Shown here in pieces: positions 13,601 to 28,440 of a stretch of DNA of 64,000 nucleotides. How positions within the stretch are numbered: position 1 is the stretch's first letter; each line of letters starts with the position of its first letter. The notes under the pieces are model-generated. The model saw only the letters and a list, made by a program, of their open reading frames with translations. It did not search any database and had not been told where the DNA came from. The stretch lies in contig OZ116712.1 in NCBI GenBank assembly GCA_964199315.1, positions 62,001 through 126,000 on the forward strand, written 5' to 3'. Made by a program: the position numbers and the translations under genes. The stretch comes from Orbicella franksi (taxonomy: Eukaryota).

Positions 13601-16600
13601 GACGATTTATTTTTTGTAATATCGACAGTTCACTATTAGGTGTAAGACAAGTTATTTTCGACGTCCTTTATTAAGTATGACTGTAACTGTAAAATAAAAC
13701 TGGTATTTAACGCCCAAGAAGGCGAAAGAAGTGATAACTGACATCTTTTGCTGGTAAGACTAACCTAGCGTATTTACTTTAACTAGGAAAGCTATCACTT
13801 CATATTCATAGAAAAATGACACATACGACATATCTCTTTCTTATTCATCTAAAATCTTCTTGAATGTTATTATTATGGTATGACTGACGTATTCTCGAGC
13901 AAAAAGAAATACATTATCGTTGGAATGGAAAAGAAAATGTTCAAACGTACAAACGGTAGACAATCCTTTGGACAGGATGAGACAAAGACAATTAAAAACG
14001 TTAACAGAAAGCAACGCTTAATTCAGTAAACATTCTTAATGAAGGTAACTTCTAATGGATTTTGATCAGCAGCGGATAAAATCATGACACAAAAAAATGT
14101 GTTTGATATTTTTCAAGGACCATTGCCTATTTTTCTTGACCTGGCATTCTTTTATTTGATCGTCCATTAACCGTGCATGAAACGTGACAAATAACAAGTG
14201 TAAACAGGGCCGTGACCGAAAATAAATAAAACATAAGTGTGAGCAAACAATATTATTTTACTTTACAGTAAATAGCATTGAAAAAGTAAAATTTTAAAGT
14301 TGCTTACTAATACAGTTAATTATGTTTCTCAAGCTGACCAAATGTCCTGACTATTGACGCGCTGTACTTAGGGCCATTATTCCAACTATAGCCGATCAAC
14401 TTCAAATTTCTTCTTGTCAAAAAGAAAAGCGAGGAAAATAAAGCAGAACATCAATGAAGCCCAAATTCTTAGAACAAATAATATTCGAAGAACTGTAGGG
14501 AGATTAGTATTAGTCAGTTGATATACTTGATATAGAGTTTCTCATGCTAACTAATCTTGACTGACAGGAAGGACAAGATTAAATCTGAGTTTTCCAGTTG
14601 TAAGCATATCAAGCGTTCAAATTCAAATGTCATTTTTCGTTTTATTAAAAGGCAGCATATAGATGCAAGCACGTACAAAACATAAAGTGCGTCCGAAATT
14701 TAGAATATCCCAGATATTATAACCTTATTTTAACCTTTCTCCTTTCCCTAGTCAGCTCTCTGGTATCTAGGACGGATAGACAGCCTATAAAACGCATATT
14801 AGTTGGAAATCTCAGATTGAGGTTTACGCTGAGACACGAAGGGAAACTCTCTATACGCGCAACTCAATTTTATTTTCTCCGTGGTTTTAGTGAACCTCCA
14901 GTCAGTTACTTTGGTTTAGACGTTTACCCATGACTTATAAATGAATTATAATTGAACAACATACGAAGATAAAGCTATGGCGTAGGAAATAAAGGCAAAG
15001 GGATCATGTGTAAAAATGAAAATTGTTTTCAATACGCAACTTGAATATCTGGGTGATTTTATTTAAGATGTGTAGCTGGAAATTGGATGCTTTGTGCACA
15101 CAAATTCGTTTTAAGAATGACTTTTTCGGGCATCGGAATAATGAATGTTTGAATTATTTATCTGGTTTAAGACCGTTAGGTTAACTGTAGAAGTCATTTA
15201 GTTGAGGGTAAGAAAGCAATTAATGAAGGGGTGTTTGTACAAGAAAATTGGACTTCTAGTTTACTTGGCAAGGTAAACATCATTTAATGGTTCAGATAAG
15301 CTGTCTTTGCACAGTAATTTGTTAGAACAAGAACTATTAGCTTTTCGTTGTTCCATAAAAACTAAACAAATAATGCAAATCTTGCAGAAAATCGAGCTAC
15401 TATTCAGTGATCTCTGAAACACAGTTAAGGGAAAGAATAACATCTTGATTTGTACGTGAACCGTGTCAAAATACGAACTATTCGTCATGATTGGTAAGAG
15501 TCCAGTTCAACCGTTTTCTATGGAGTGTGGTCCGTTAACACATCGTCGACGCCATTTTTATTTCTTACAGACTGATATCTCAGTCAGCTTATACGTTCAA
15601 ACCCTCGGGTGATTCCTCTTTTGCCCAAGGGAGTTCTGGAACAGACAGGGTTGAATGTTTTTTTTTCAAATATAACTTCATTTATTTTTCTTTGACCTGT
15701 GCATTTGGTGTCTACATTAAGAAGTCTTCTCGAAAAACGATTACTTATTTGGTCAACAGACTTGCACTAATTTTTCTTTTATCCCAACCTTGGTGGCTAT
15801 ATTTATTCATTCACTATGGTCGTGTCAATGGCACTGCTTGTGAATAGAATCTGACTTGCAAAACACGTGGTCGAGGCACCCGGAGTAAAGTGCTAGATTT
15901 CTGCTAATGTTTTTTTTTTTTTTTTTTTTTGCGCCACGGCTCGATTGTGTTCAGCAAAGAAAGACTAGTGAAAAAGCCAGCGTGGTTTAATCATTTTGCA
16001 AATTTTTTGCATTGATTCAGATATCGACGTCTCCACAACTGCAAACGAAAATACAAATTTTCTTCCTCGGCCAAAACGTAATTGGCATTTTGATTTTGAT
16101 CTCCCCTTGGCACAGGATTCCAGGTCTCAAATAATTAAGGAGAATGATTATCAAGAAGATTCTCTCATCTAGCATTATAAAAAGTGTATGGAACCAAAGT
16201 GTATGGGCCATTTAATAGAGGAATTGTATTTGCCTCACAAAGTTTTTTTGAAAAAAATTAAAACTTGTATTTCACCTTTTTGCTTCTTACACTAAGGGAC
16301 ACGTTAACGTAACGACCTATTTAGCATGGCTGAGGATAATTTTCTTAATGAGGTGTGTCAAAATGTGTTAGCTACGTTAAACTGACAAGATAAAAGGGAG
16401 GTAAAGGGGCAGAGACCTCATTAAACGAATTCACTGCAGGGAGATCTTCACTCGTAACTCAGCGAGCTCCACTTTGAACTCAACGCAGAGAGAGTAACCA
16501 GTCATAGTGCTTTTTGGATTAAAGGGACACGGTCTGGCTCTTTGTGTTTGTAAGTACAAATTTTCAGGATTCTTAGTAAGTTAAGAAAGGTCTAAACACA

Positions 16601-19600
16601 AAGGAGAGATCCATTTTAGCAGCAGGTGAAATTTAAGCAAGCATATGAACCGGTTATTGGCGCGTGTCAGGTGAATTGCCAAGGGCAGGTTGTTCCTCGG
16701 TGCAACTTGTTAGTTAACGAAACGTCGGTAACATCGCTGACGCTAGAGCTTCAATTTTGTTCACAATATTGTATTTGTCGTTCATCTTATTGTACATCCT
16801 ACTAAATGCTAAGGAAACAAACTCTTCGACACTGTTTTTTTTTTTTTTGCTGGTGAACCAATGTTTACTTTGTGATTGAAAACTTATCCTTGACCTTGTT
16901 GTTAAGCTTTGAAGCTCGTAGGTATCTGCGCCTTGCTATATTTTACAGAGTTTTATATGGAGTGTATTGACCTGAAAATAAACTTTTTAAAGTTTTAACT
17001 AAATTCAATCCAAACTGCATTCGTAATCCCTGAAAGACATTTTCTGTCTTTAAAATATTGGTTGAATTTGTAACTCTGTTGAAATTCCAATAATATCTTT
17101 TGCAAATGGTAGCGATATTAATACTAATGGAAAAACCACCACATAAAATACAGCAGACATAATGCATTGAAGGAAATGATATTCCCTTTTAGGCATTAGC
17201 GTTATTTATGGATACTTCGCCCATAAACATCTTTTGTCCTCGTCTAAGACATCACAACAAAGAAAAATTACAAATAAAAGATTACTTAAGTTCCCGGAGG
17301 GAATGTTTTACGTACAAGGAAATAGATCTGTTATTTTGGAAAGTTTTTATCTAGGCCAATTGTCAGTGATCTGTTTACTTTACAGCAGTGTTGTTCACGT
17401 TATTTATTTTTCCCTGCTGTTTTCAACAGCTTATGTTTACTCGGATTATCATTCAGATTTTATTGACCTAACTGAGTAGCTTGGTTCCTGTTTATCGTCG
17501 TCTTCTCATCAAAGATGATATAGAAACGCGCTGACAAAAACATCTATTGTCTTGGAAGGACAAATAGTGAGTAAGACTGCTTTGAAATTAACTTGCGTGT
17601 GGTTAAGTGCTATCGCTTGAGGTTACGATAGCGTAACGATGGAATTTTGTCACACGATGTTTTGTCTGTTATTTTCAAAAAGTATTTAATGAGCAATAAT
17701 GTTAAAACGCTGCAATGGGAAGTACCATGTAGGTTCACACGTCCAAGCGAATCACTTTTGCTGTGATTCAGTTGTCACCTGCTTTTCTGAGCGAATTCAA
17801 GTTTTTGATTTACAAGTTGCAACCAGTTTAAACACCCGCCAGTGACATGAAAAGCTAAATGAAGAATTGTTCTCTGAAATGAGCTCCCAGTATTGTCATT
17901 AAACGGACAGATGGAGGCTTTGAAAGTCGTGACAGGTTGCTGGTGAAGTTTTAAATATTCAATGGTGATTAAAATCGCCTATCTTTTGTTTTCTTTCTCC
18001 GCCCAATTCATTGGCGTGAAAATGACGGGGGGAAAGAAATTAAAGCTGTGTGTCAGTTTTCATGGGTTTGCTGTGAAGACATAATTAGTACAAATCAGTT
18101 CTGCTCGGAAGTTGTCAAGATACAACTCAAAATTCGTTGAGAAGCCACACTTTGGAAAGGCTTGGACCGTGACTGGAACAGCTAATAGGCTTAATCTTTG
18201 TTGACTTTCTGGTAACAAAAGAGCAAACAGCGCGCCTCTAGAGCTGGTATGGCGCTGGCAGCACTTGGTTACTGAGCGGGCCGTCTTCAAACTATTTACT
18301 GTTTATCGCGCGATTTCATAAAACGAAGCACAAAGACAAACGGCGGGGCAGGTCTCATTCAAAATTTGGAAGGTTAGTGATTAGACATTTCGCTCTACGA
18401 TCGGCAAAAATATAGTTTAACCAACAAATACATCAATTATAGCAAATATGTTTTTGCTTGCCTTATATATTTAGAAATAATCACAAATATATACCTTGTA
18501 TAATTATAATAATTTCAGCAAACTCTTGCTCTCAGGTTTAAATACTTAATGGTAAACATAAACTCTCCCCTAACAAAACAGCTTAAAATGCTAATTCATA
18601 TATCGTTGCTACGTTTTCAAGTTACATATCAAATCAAAAGTTTCAGAGTTCGTCAGTAGCGATTTGAGCTTCAAAGAAATAAAATTTAAGCGCAAAATGT
18701 TTGAAAACCTGACTTTTTTGATGTTTCAAAATCTTTACTTAGTATTTAAGTTATGTTGATTTGTATCTATACAGTGTAAATATTTGTGTTTACTTGTTCG
18801 CAGGAGACACGGGAACCGAATCTGACCTATTTTCGCTGACCTTCAACGCTACATTATATTTTACTCACGAACACCAATGAAAAAGATAAATGATCGTTTT
18901 TCGGTCAAGTTTACATTTACTTTATTTCACATCCCAAGATGGAGAAGTTCCTTCGTGCGTTTTTGATTATTACTACTGGGAAAATGGAGATCTTCGTATT
19001 AAAATGCTTGATCGCTTATATTGAAGTGAGACGAATCAGGAACCAAGTGATGTTCACCTTAATTGATCTTATCCACGACAAAATTGTCAGCCTGGGTTGC
19101 TGCAGAATAAGTGCCATAATTTACGGCGATCATCTTTAGTAAGCAAAAGAGAGCTGAGTTAGCTTTTAGACTCACTTTTAACAAAGTGGCGTTGAAACTT
19201 GATCAGACACTGCACACTAGATAATTTCAACAAAAACTTCTTCCGTTTGCTTGCTTTTCACCTGTTCAGTGTCTGATCAGTCAACAGGGCGAACGAATTT
19301 GCTGACCCTATTGACTGCTTAATTACGTGTGATGAGTTTCCTTCCCTAAGTTTTTGCAAAGTGATTCTGAGTGATGAACATCTCCTACTGAGATCAGTCG
19401 GCAGTTTCTTCCACCATTATGGAGATGCAAACATGCGGGAAATTCAATGTTTGCGATTAGAATGAAATGTCAATCAATTTCAGTAAAATTTGATTTCTGT
19501 AACATTTACCGTGTTTAAAATTATGATCCCTGGCAAAAGATTTCAAACACGACAGAACACTTCCGTCTTTGCACATTTTCATCTGGGACGCTTATCGCAG

Positions 19601-22600
19601 TTACTGTAGATTTTACCTCGCACGTTTCGTTACATCTCATGCAAACCATCGCGATTTCGTGCTATTCCTATTCTTTAAATATGTTGAAATTACGTAAACG
19701 ATTGCAAACATATCTTTAGTCTCCTTACAATTTACTGTCACGTAGATGGGTGTTGAGACTAACAAATAAAATCAATCATTTTTGCTGTCTAGTTGAAATT
19801 TGGTAATCAATCACAAGTTAGACCAAAGGGTCTGATTTGAAAACTATATTTGCCTCAATTTAGTCAGAAATCCCACAAAACGATTTAAAAACATACAAGT
19901 TAGGTTAAAATCAAGTCTTCTACTTTCCGCTTTATTTTTTTAAACCGTTAAAAAAGTGACTGTCTGGAGCCCTCCAGGCATTTTAATAAGTCAGGAAACT
20001 TTTTACTGCCGAAGGCAATTGTCTTTCTTAATCAGTTTTCATTAAACACCAACTTCAACTAAGGAGCTAATTGTTTTACAAATTGGACGTGTTACAGCGT
20101 GTGCCGCACTGAAAGAGATCAATATCGTGGATCTTGCTTTGAATTCTCTTTTTTGTTAAGAACTAATTGGATACAATGTTCTTCACAGCGACACGGGGCA
20201 ACTGAATACGCAAGTTATCTTGAGCTGAAGTTAACATTCAATCACAATACGGTACATTAATACCTGCAAAAATCATCAACCACATTTAACAAACTGGCAC
20301 GAAGGGTTTCTTCATTTCTGTGCTGCTATCAGACTCTTACTGCGCATGTTACTACGCCCTATAATTCGTCAATACCTTATCCAAATTATCCTTGAAGTGT
20401 TAGAATAAAATAACTTACCAGAGAAATATTTGAATGTGCCTTTTATAAGGGCGCTATTCAACTGAGCACAGAACTTAGCATGTAAGAAATATGTTTTAAA
20501 ATACAATGATAATGTTGATCCTCAGTAACGATTATTTTTGGTCGTTTGCATAAACTTGACTGGAACATGGGGCTCTAGGAAAATTTCTGTCGCCCTACCT
20601 ATACAGTAATTCGTTTCCCTGCTTGATATCAGCTAATAATGTGTCCTTTAAAAAAATTTGGCAAGGTTTGCAATATTGTACTCGGGTGAGTCACCAAATC
20701 ACTGGGAACTTTGCACTGACTGAGATGAGTTCGGGATGAATCACGAACTGATTTTTTTTTTTTTTTAGCCCAAAGAATAATGGGAAACTTAACACAGTGC
20801 TTGATAATGAAGTTATTACTACACAATTAAAGTTTAATTAGGAAAGGACTTAGCAAAACGCCGATTAAACAAATAATCACGATCGTCCTCGGATGAAAAG
20901 AAGTTCACTTGAATTGGAGGCAGAGGAATGTTGTTTGTTAATGTGCATTAAAGTTAATGTCAGAGAACTTACTTCCGTGCTGTTTCTTCAGCTTTTACTT
21001 GTCATCATATTTGTCAGAGAATAACTGTCCTGATACACTCTACACTGCATCTTTGAAGATGGACAAACTTTTGGCTGAAATCTATTGTATACTGTTATAT
21101 AACTGATTTATAACATATCAGTTGTGCGATAAGAATTCAACATGGCTTTGAGCATGGGCCGTTGAAGTTTCCTTCACCGTGGTTCAGGTATTCAAATGGT
21201 TTTGGCACCTGTTGAAAATCCCTTGATTTGCAAAATAAAGAATTGATGTTTATGCACGAGGCAGCCCTGGCAGAAATTAAAACTTAAAGACTTAAGTTGT
21301 ATAAAAAGACTTAAAATCGGTGCCTGCCGGTCGGGCGAGCAGAACGGAGAAGAGAATTAACCATAAGGAGCTTTATATTAATTCCACTCTGTATGTAGCA
21401 TTGTCAGATTTCCTTATTCGTGTTCTCTAAATACCCCTTGGTTCTCCTTTACTCGCTCATAGTAAGTCAAGATTTAACTCGTTCGTGTTTAGTATTCTCA
21501 ACCTGCATTGACGACTGAACTTTGCAGTTTCAATATATTCCTCTATCTTTGCTGTCGATCTATGGTTTGACAATTCCTTTGGTACTCTCTGAAAGGAGTA
21601 AAGATTGACGAAATTATTTTGATTATTCGCCTAGTCGCAAAACGTCGTATAAACGTAGCCACCTGATCGCTTTTTGAGAGATTCCTCTCACGTTTAGTCC
21701 TAAAGATCATGCGATTTCACACGTGCATAGATTTATATTATTATACAAAGGTGGTCTTAGAGGAAAAAGCAACGCACCAACAGTCGCAGATAACTTGAGC
21801 GTACTTCTGTTTTTGCCTCTTTGCCAAGTTCTTCATTGTGACTGAAATTTTCTCACGACTTATAGCGACACTGTATAACCACTCAGGTCAAGTATTTCAA
21901 GTGTTAAGGCATTCTTCTCTGGAGGCGTTGTTTCTGCGAACTTCACAGGGTAGAGGCTGCATTGCGTGCTAAAGTACAAGCTGTTCTACTGAACAAAATT
22001 CTCATGTTACTCAGTCAGGAATGGTGGTTACCACAGGCGATCGCCAAAGTATTAGTTGTACGTCTTTTCAAGTGAAAGGCTGAGTAAACAAGCTTTTGTT
22101 TGCAACGAACAAGGCGGAATTACAATGACTTGGCTAAGGCCCTAATAATGAAACGCGGTAAAACATGTAAAACGGTGTGGGAAACAAAGCTGCTGAAATT
22201 AGACTATTGCCCCAGAAATTTTAGTCATTTACACTGTTACAAAAGAACTTATGAAATTGTTCATATGGGATTTTTTTAAAGAAGAAAGTTATGTTTGATC
22301 ATTGCGCTGAATCCATGAATTATTGGCAACTGAAACCATTTCTTTTTAAGAAATTCATTCCGTGCAAACCTTTGCCTCGCAAATGAAGTGTTTTTTAAAG
22401 GCAATGTTACTCTCTCAAGCTGTCTTCAGCAGGTGTCAAAGAAGATTATACCGAGCGCACGTTTTTGTCTCGCCACGCGGCGAATAAAGATAACACGACA
22501 ACACCTTTACACCGCGAACTCGGACCAAACTAAAGTCTTCCCAGGCTTACAGGCAAATAGTTGAAATTTACAATCTACCTGATTAGGTCGGTCACGAGCC

Positions 22601-25600
22601 TGATAATAACAAAATAGATAGCTCTCACAACGTCCTACAAATAATCACTTACTGCCTAGCAAAATTAAAAACAAGCGAAAATTTATACTTGAAGGAAAAA
22701 TGCAGGAGTAACAAAAAAAATATTAAGCGTTTCAGCATTCACACGTATAATTGAGGAAAACTCTCTTCATACTACAAAATAAGTTTAAAAGAAGTGAACT
22801 TGAAGATTGGAGAAAATCTGTTTCCAAGGGCAACGGTTCAGGAACTGTTACAGTGCTGATAAAATCTGTGATAATGAAAGTTTTGGAGGTTTATTTCGAC
22901 ATTTCTCTCACGCGTTTGTGGCCTGTCACTCACGAGCGTCATAAAAGGTTCTGATTTAAGTAAACAAACAGACACGTTGCATCTTCTTCAAATAATTTTG
23001 GGACGAAATTTCACAAGCCAAATGCTGCTTATTTTTTTTTTCCTTTTCGCTAGTACACATTTTGCATTTAGGACTCTTTTAATGGCTTATTCACCTGGGG
23101 CTAAAGGTTCATTAAAAGCCATTTTGCTTTCACCTCATCGTGGTAACCACACATAAAAGAGTTTATGAAAAGAATAATGAAATAGTATCAGCGACGCAGT
23201 GTATCCCAAACTACCACTATGCTTAATAAATCTGTTTGTTTAACAAAGCCACCGTCACACAATTCTAACTCGTTATATTACGCATTTGGAAAGGAAAAAG
23301 AAAAGAGGAAAGATTCGACAAAGAAATATTTTGCGAGTTAAATGAAGATTCGCGAATATTTTTCAGTTTGTACTTCACTTTTTAATGGTGTCGAGTTAAA
23401 ATTGAAGATTAATCTTTTGCGAATTACAGGCACGAGGTACAGTTACTGACAGCAAAAAAAAAGGTTCTATTTGGCTAATCTGGAGAAAATATTCGACGTC
23501 GGTTTTCTTTGTTAGTATACTTGAATATGTTTGAGCCGCAAATATGCCAGTGTTTCATTGAAAACAAAAATAATTTTTGCCGACAAAGGGAAAATCATTA
23601 CGTGACAAATAAACGACAAAGCGACCGAGCTAGACATTGACAGGAAAACGACCAAACTGCTAAATCTGAGAGACGGAACAATGCGTAAAAGGACGAGACA
23701 AATCAAACATTTACCGAGCGTCAAGAAAAGCGAAATGTTTAGCATGAAAATACGATTTTGATTAACCAATCGTTTGTGAGCATAGGAAGTTTGCTTAAGG
23801 CGCTTGTGAATTTTAATTGGAGGAGGACATAGGAAGTCAGTATAATACACAAAGACGTTGCTATAAAAAGCGAATCATATACGTCTCCCAACTTAGTTGT
23901 AATTTAGCAACTTACAAGGAGTATAAGACTTCTCAATCAAAACGCACAGAAACCTGAAAAAGTGACGTCCTTTACTGAAAATTACAAAGTTCAACTGAAC
24001 TGAATGCTGTAGAGGTAAGCTATTTCCGTGGAAATTTCTTGAAATATTTTCCGCGACTCAAATTATTGGAGGGCAAATACCCTAGTTTTAAAACTGCCGT
24101 AGGAAGAACTCGGGGAAGAAAGACCCAATAGAGCCATCGCGAAAGCTCTCGCCAAGGATTCTTTCTCCAAGAGCTAGTACGTTAGCAATCGATAGAGTAA
24201 ACATGGGTTGTGTTGGTTGTTGAACGTTTATAAGCTTACTGCCGTTTAAGTTTGAACAGTTAAGAAACTAAAGCACCTCTTAAAGTAAATCTTAGTGAGC
24301 GTTTGACTTGGTTTTTTGTGGCGACAGAAACCTAAGATTATTTTTGCTGTAACTAGTGCGTAACACAGCGATGCAGAACGATAATTGACGATGGTTATGT
24401 TCTTTCCAGTTACTGGATAAACTAAGGTTTCAAAGGTAAACAAGTCTATCGATTTTCTCACGGCGAAATACGTTTTCGTTTGGTAGATATATTTGTGATG
24501 TTTAAGCAAGCAATTTTACATAACCTGTTGTGTTGTAATTTTTCACTCGGTCCAATATTTGGACTGTTTTGTTGAGTCGTGTTTGTAAATTTGATATGAT
24601 TGTGTGCCGAAGAAAGCTAACTGAACAACAGTTAACCTCAAGCACCGTAAGCCCACTGAAAGTCAGTTCAGTTAATGTGGCCTGATTCCATTTAGTGCCA
24701 ATGAGCTTTAAACTGGAAGCTTGTGGTGAACGCGTTGAAAGTTTTAGCTGCAAAGTTCCTGCTCATGGAAGTCGGTAAGGGGATTAAAGCTAAAAGAGGC
24801 AGTTAAGTGTTTGATAATTAAGCGCCCTAGGGCAAACAGCTATCTTTACCTTTTGTCATCGAAGCTGAAGATCAAAAGCCGATAGAGTTCTAGTTATGTG
24901 TCTAAATATACATCGTTCATAAGTTACGGTTCAGCCGTGGGTCTGCTGCCGATTTGCGCGCCAAACGGACATGACTCGGAAACATGGAATCTCACTCGAA
25001 GTTCGGCCATTATGTTTTAGTTCTCAAGGTACACTTTTTATCTAATCTCGTGTATTGAATAAGCTCGCTGACATTTTTTCCAAATCCCTCAAATATTTAG
25101 AAAACAGTGTATATCTTGCGAATCTTTATCTGTCAGCACGCATGTAGAGTTAAATTAGCTACCATAGAATTCATGCGGTTTTGCTTTTCTTGGGTTGTAC
25201 TGAAAGCCTGTCAGTTGTCTCCAAATACGATGTTAACATTATCCAAAATAAACTACAGAACAATTCAGTCAATAGTCTTTTTATCAAGGTCTAGCGGTGT
25301 CTCAGAAGAATCTTCCACCATAATTATTCACTCAGCAGCCAAAAGTTTTCGTTCAGTGTATTCACAACAACAGATATCAGTTCCTTGTATGACTTCCTAC
25401 ACCGTTACTCGATTTTTTCGGAGTTTGGAGGGTGAGATAAGATAATTCTGGGTTGTTAACCGATTATTGAATTAAACGTCAAATAGTTCTCGAGGAGGCA
25501 AAAAATCCTACTGAAATTTCGACGAAAGTTTAATAATGAAACTCTCTCTCTGTCTACAATTGTCGATTGTTTACCTTTGAGAAGTCACACAAGACATATT

Positions 25601-27859
25601 AAAATTTAAGCTCATTTTCCAAACAGAAAGAGCACTTTCCAAAGTTGACAGTTTTCTTCCTTATTACGAAAACGAAATGTCTTATTTATTTCGGGCCAAA
25701 CTAAACGAGAAATAGACAAAATTCTTTTGAAGAACGAAGTCTAGCTCGCGAAAGTCAACGGTATATAACTCTGGTGGGGACAAACGCATTACCATTGAAG
25801 GACGTAAAAATTAATGAACACTTTGCAGAAACTCGGGCAATTGGAAACGAAATGATTGCAATTAGGGTCGCGCATCAATTGCTAGTCGGCTGTCGAGTAC
25901 TTCCTTTACTTATTGAATGAAGACTAAGAGTTTAGCGAGATTAGCGAAAAACCAACATAAGCAAGGTTATAACACACGACTTCTCGCTGACAGGTGTACC
26001 AAGTAAATTAAATTTAACCGCAAAATTCGATTCCTTCCTAATGTAGGGCCAAACTAGTCAAGAATAGAATGATGGCAAAAAATTTCCTAATCACCGATAA
26101 ACGTTTTTCAAACCTAGGACACTTTTTATTGCGTGAAATTGCAAGAGTTGTAACCATCACTTAAAATTTCTAAAGAAAGCCGACAGTTAAGAAAAGCGCG
26201 CTTAATTGGGGTGTTTTTTTACATTGAAAAGGCTTGGCTAAAATAACGGCTCAATATAATGGAAGAAATTGCGCCGACTTATAGCGTGGCAAATTAAAAG
26301 AAGAATCGTGATGTTTGAAAAGCCTCGACAGACTTGAATTATTTTAAGTTTAGCGCGTCCCTTCGATTCCTTGGTATTAAAGGAATTGTCGCGCTAAAGT
26401 CTTTTATAATCCTTTTGCGACACCGTTCAGACTCCACTCGTTCGCGCAAGGCTGTTGCTTTCGTAGCTCTTTACGCTGGGCGATGCCTGATCAAAAAATC
26501 TGCTTTAGACTAAACAAAGGCACTTTTTCACAACCCAGATAGGGTAATAAAAACTAAATTGCGGCAAACACTATACAATACAAGCCATTTCGACACAGAG
26601 ATAATGTTGCCGGCACTAAGCAAACACCACAAATTGAGCATAATTGAAACTACTCCACTGTTTTGCGAAATGTTGTAAAGTCTCTTTACCAGAATAAAGT
26701 TCCTTAATGCTCGCATATTGATAGAGATCCTGGGGGGCAAACATTTAGAAAAAGAATCCTTAAACACTAAGAGTCGGAAACAACCAAATAATGTATGTTT
26801 GCAAGGGCGAGCAGTGTTAAGTTGGTCGGTCAATAATTCATCTCGTTCGATTGCTCATTTCATGAAGATAAATCTTGCTCGTAGCAGAACGCGTCTAGTC
26901 TTAAGGAAGTTTTAATTGCGTTTGAGCTTTTTGAGGTCCTATTCTGCCTCATGAAATAAGGGTGATATCAGCGTTTGGCACATTCATTCAACGTTGGCGG
27001 CTAGCAATACATGTAGGTCATTTGAAATTCTTACCATTATAATCACACTACATCTACAGCTGTCTTTCGAGGCACCTGGAAATGGCTTTTGTGAAATGAT
27101 TGACGCGAGCCAAATTTGTTAATTAATTGCCTCAGTTTCCGGAAATGAGAAATTGGATTCTAAAAATTCTGCATTTTTCTTTCCGTCCCACGCGCCCATT
27201 TGGCCACAAGAAGTCGCAGATTTTATCGCGAGCTCAAAGGCGCGTGCTAGCATTCCAGAGAAAAAAACAAGAGGATCCTTGGCAAATTTACTGCATGTAA
27301 ATCGCTTGGAGCCGCGGCATAATGATCGTGAATTATCAATTCAAACAATTCAACCGAACGATTGGTCGAATTTGACAGCAGTTAGCAAAACTTATTAAAT
27401 AAAACTCAGGTTTTTGTGTTTCACTCACAGAGCGTTTCTCCCGGACCGATCATAATAAGTCAAGTAAACTCAGCACAAAACATATAACGAGAGCTTAAAA
27501 TAATACCAAACTATGATACAGGATCGGGGCAGATCCTGGCAATAATCCCAAACGTGTAGCAGGTGATTTGGGAGAAGTTCTTTTCTACACGAAAGACAAA
27601 TGTTCACAAGGCTATTGGTCGCCGTATACCAAAAAACCGGTCCCTAAGAAGTTGAAAAAGTTATTGCAACGAGGAGGTTTCCAGCGGTAATTGCTTTTGT
27701 TTGTGGAATTTATGTTCGCAGTTGTTATGCTAATTGTGAAGCCAATAGCACTGACAGGACCTAGGTTACAGCTAGGCTCCAAAAGAATGTTAAACGATCC
27801 CGGTTTTAGAGCGGTCAGTTTTTGACGTGAATGATTTGATCACTCAAACGCCAAATTGC

Positions 27860-28440
27860 ATGGCTTTTAAGGTGTTGTGTGATGACGGAGGCCTTTTACC
27901 GCTTCAATCTATCCCTTCTTCCTGTCCTTTCAAAGATATCAGCACCTTTGAATCTTTTGCCGTTAATGTTTAGTTTATCCTGTGCGAACGGTGATCTTTG
28001 TGTAGTGTTGACATTAAGGATACGAGATAGGACCGAACCATAAAGTGTCCTATCGAAATAATTGTATTTGCTCATAAATTATGAAACGGCAATTTGTTTG
28101 TGGGCCTTCGTGATGGACAAGCGATAATGGACCCCACAACTTTTAATAAAATGTCTCCCCACGGGTGGTCGCAAAGGCCCCTATGTCAATAAACGTAGCA
28201 AGGCTCCAAAGGGCTTTCCCATGGAACAATAGCGAGGGAGGAGCTAACCGACATGTCACGTTAAGCCTGTTTACGTACTGTCACTAAAAATAAAACTTCT
28301 TTATTGCTAGGAGGAAAGAGTAATCTACGCTGGTCTCCGCGGCAGAAGGACGTGACGGGACGGTACGAAAGCTACGTTCAGTTGGTTACGAAACAGTTAA
28401 AAGAATCTACCTGCTTATAGAATAGAGAAAAGGCAGCATC
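27860..28440 (+). promoter_or_regulatory. Proximal upstream / promoter region of FoxA with candidate TCF, forkhead and T-box sites
   Basis: Lies directly 5' of the FoxA ATG. TCF-type TTCAAAG at 27929-27935 and CTTTGAA at 27946-27952. Forkhead-type TGTTGAC at 28006-28012 and TGTTTAC at 28268-28274. T-box-like AGGTGTTG at 27870-27877. The transcription start site cannot be determined. Confidence 0.4.

Noticed and set aside
17340-17500. Local cluster of TGTTTAC/TGTTTAT forkhead cores
   Set aside because: Expected by chance in T-rich sequence; no independent support.
20757-20771. 11-nt match to the recalled start of cnidarian miR-2025 (TTTTTTAGCCC)
   Set aside because: The match arises from a poly-T run, diverges immediately afterwards and has no hairpin.
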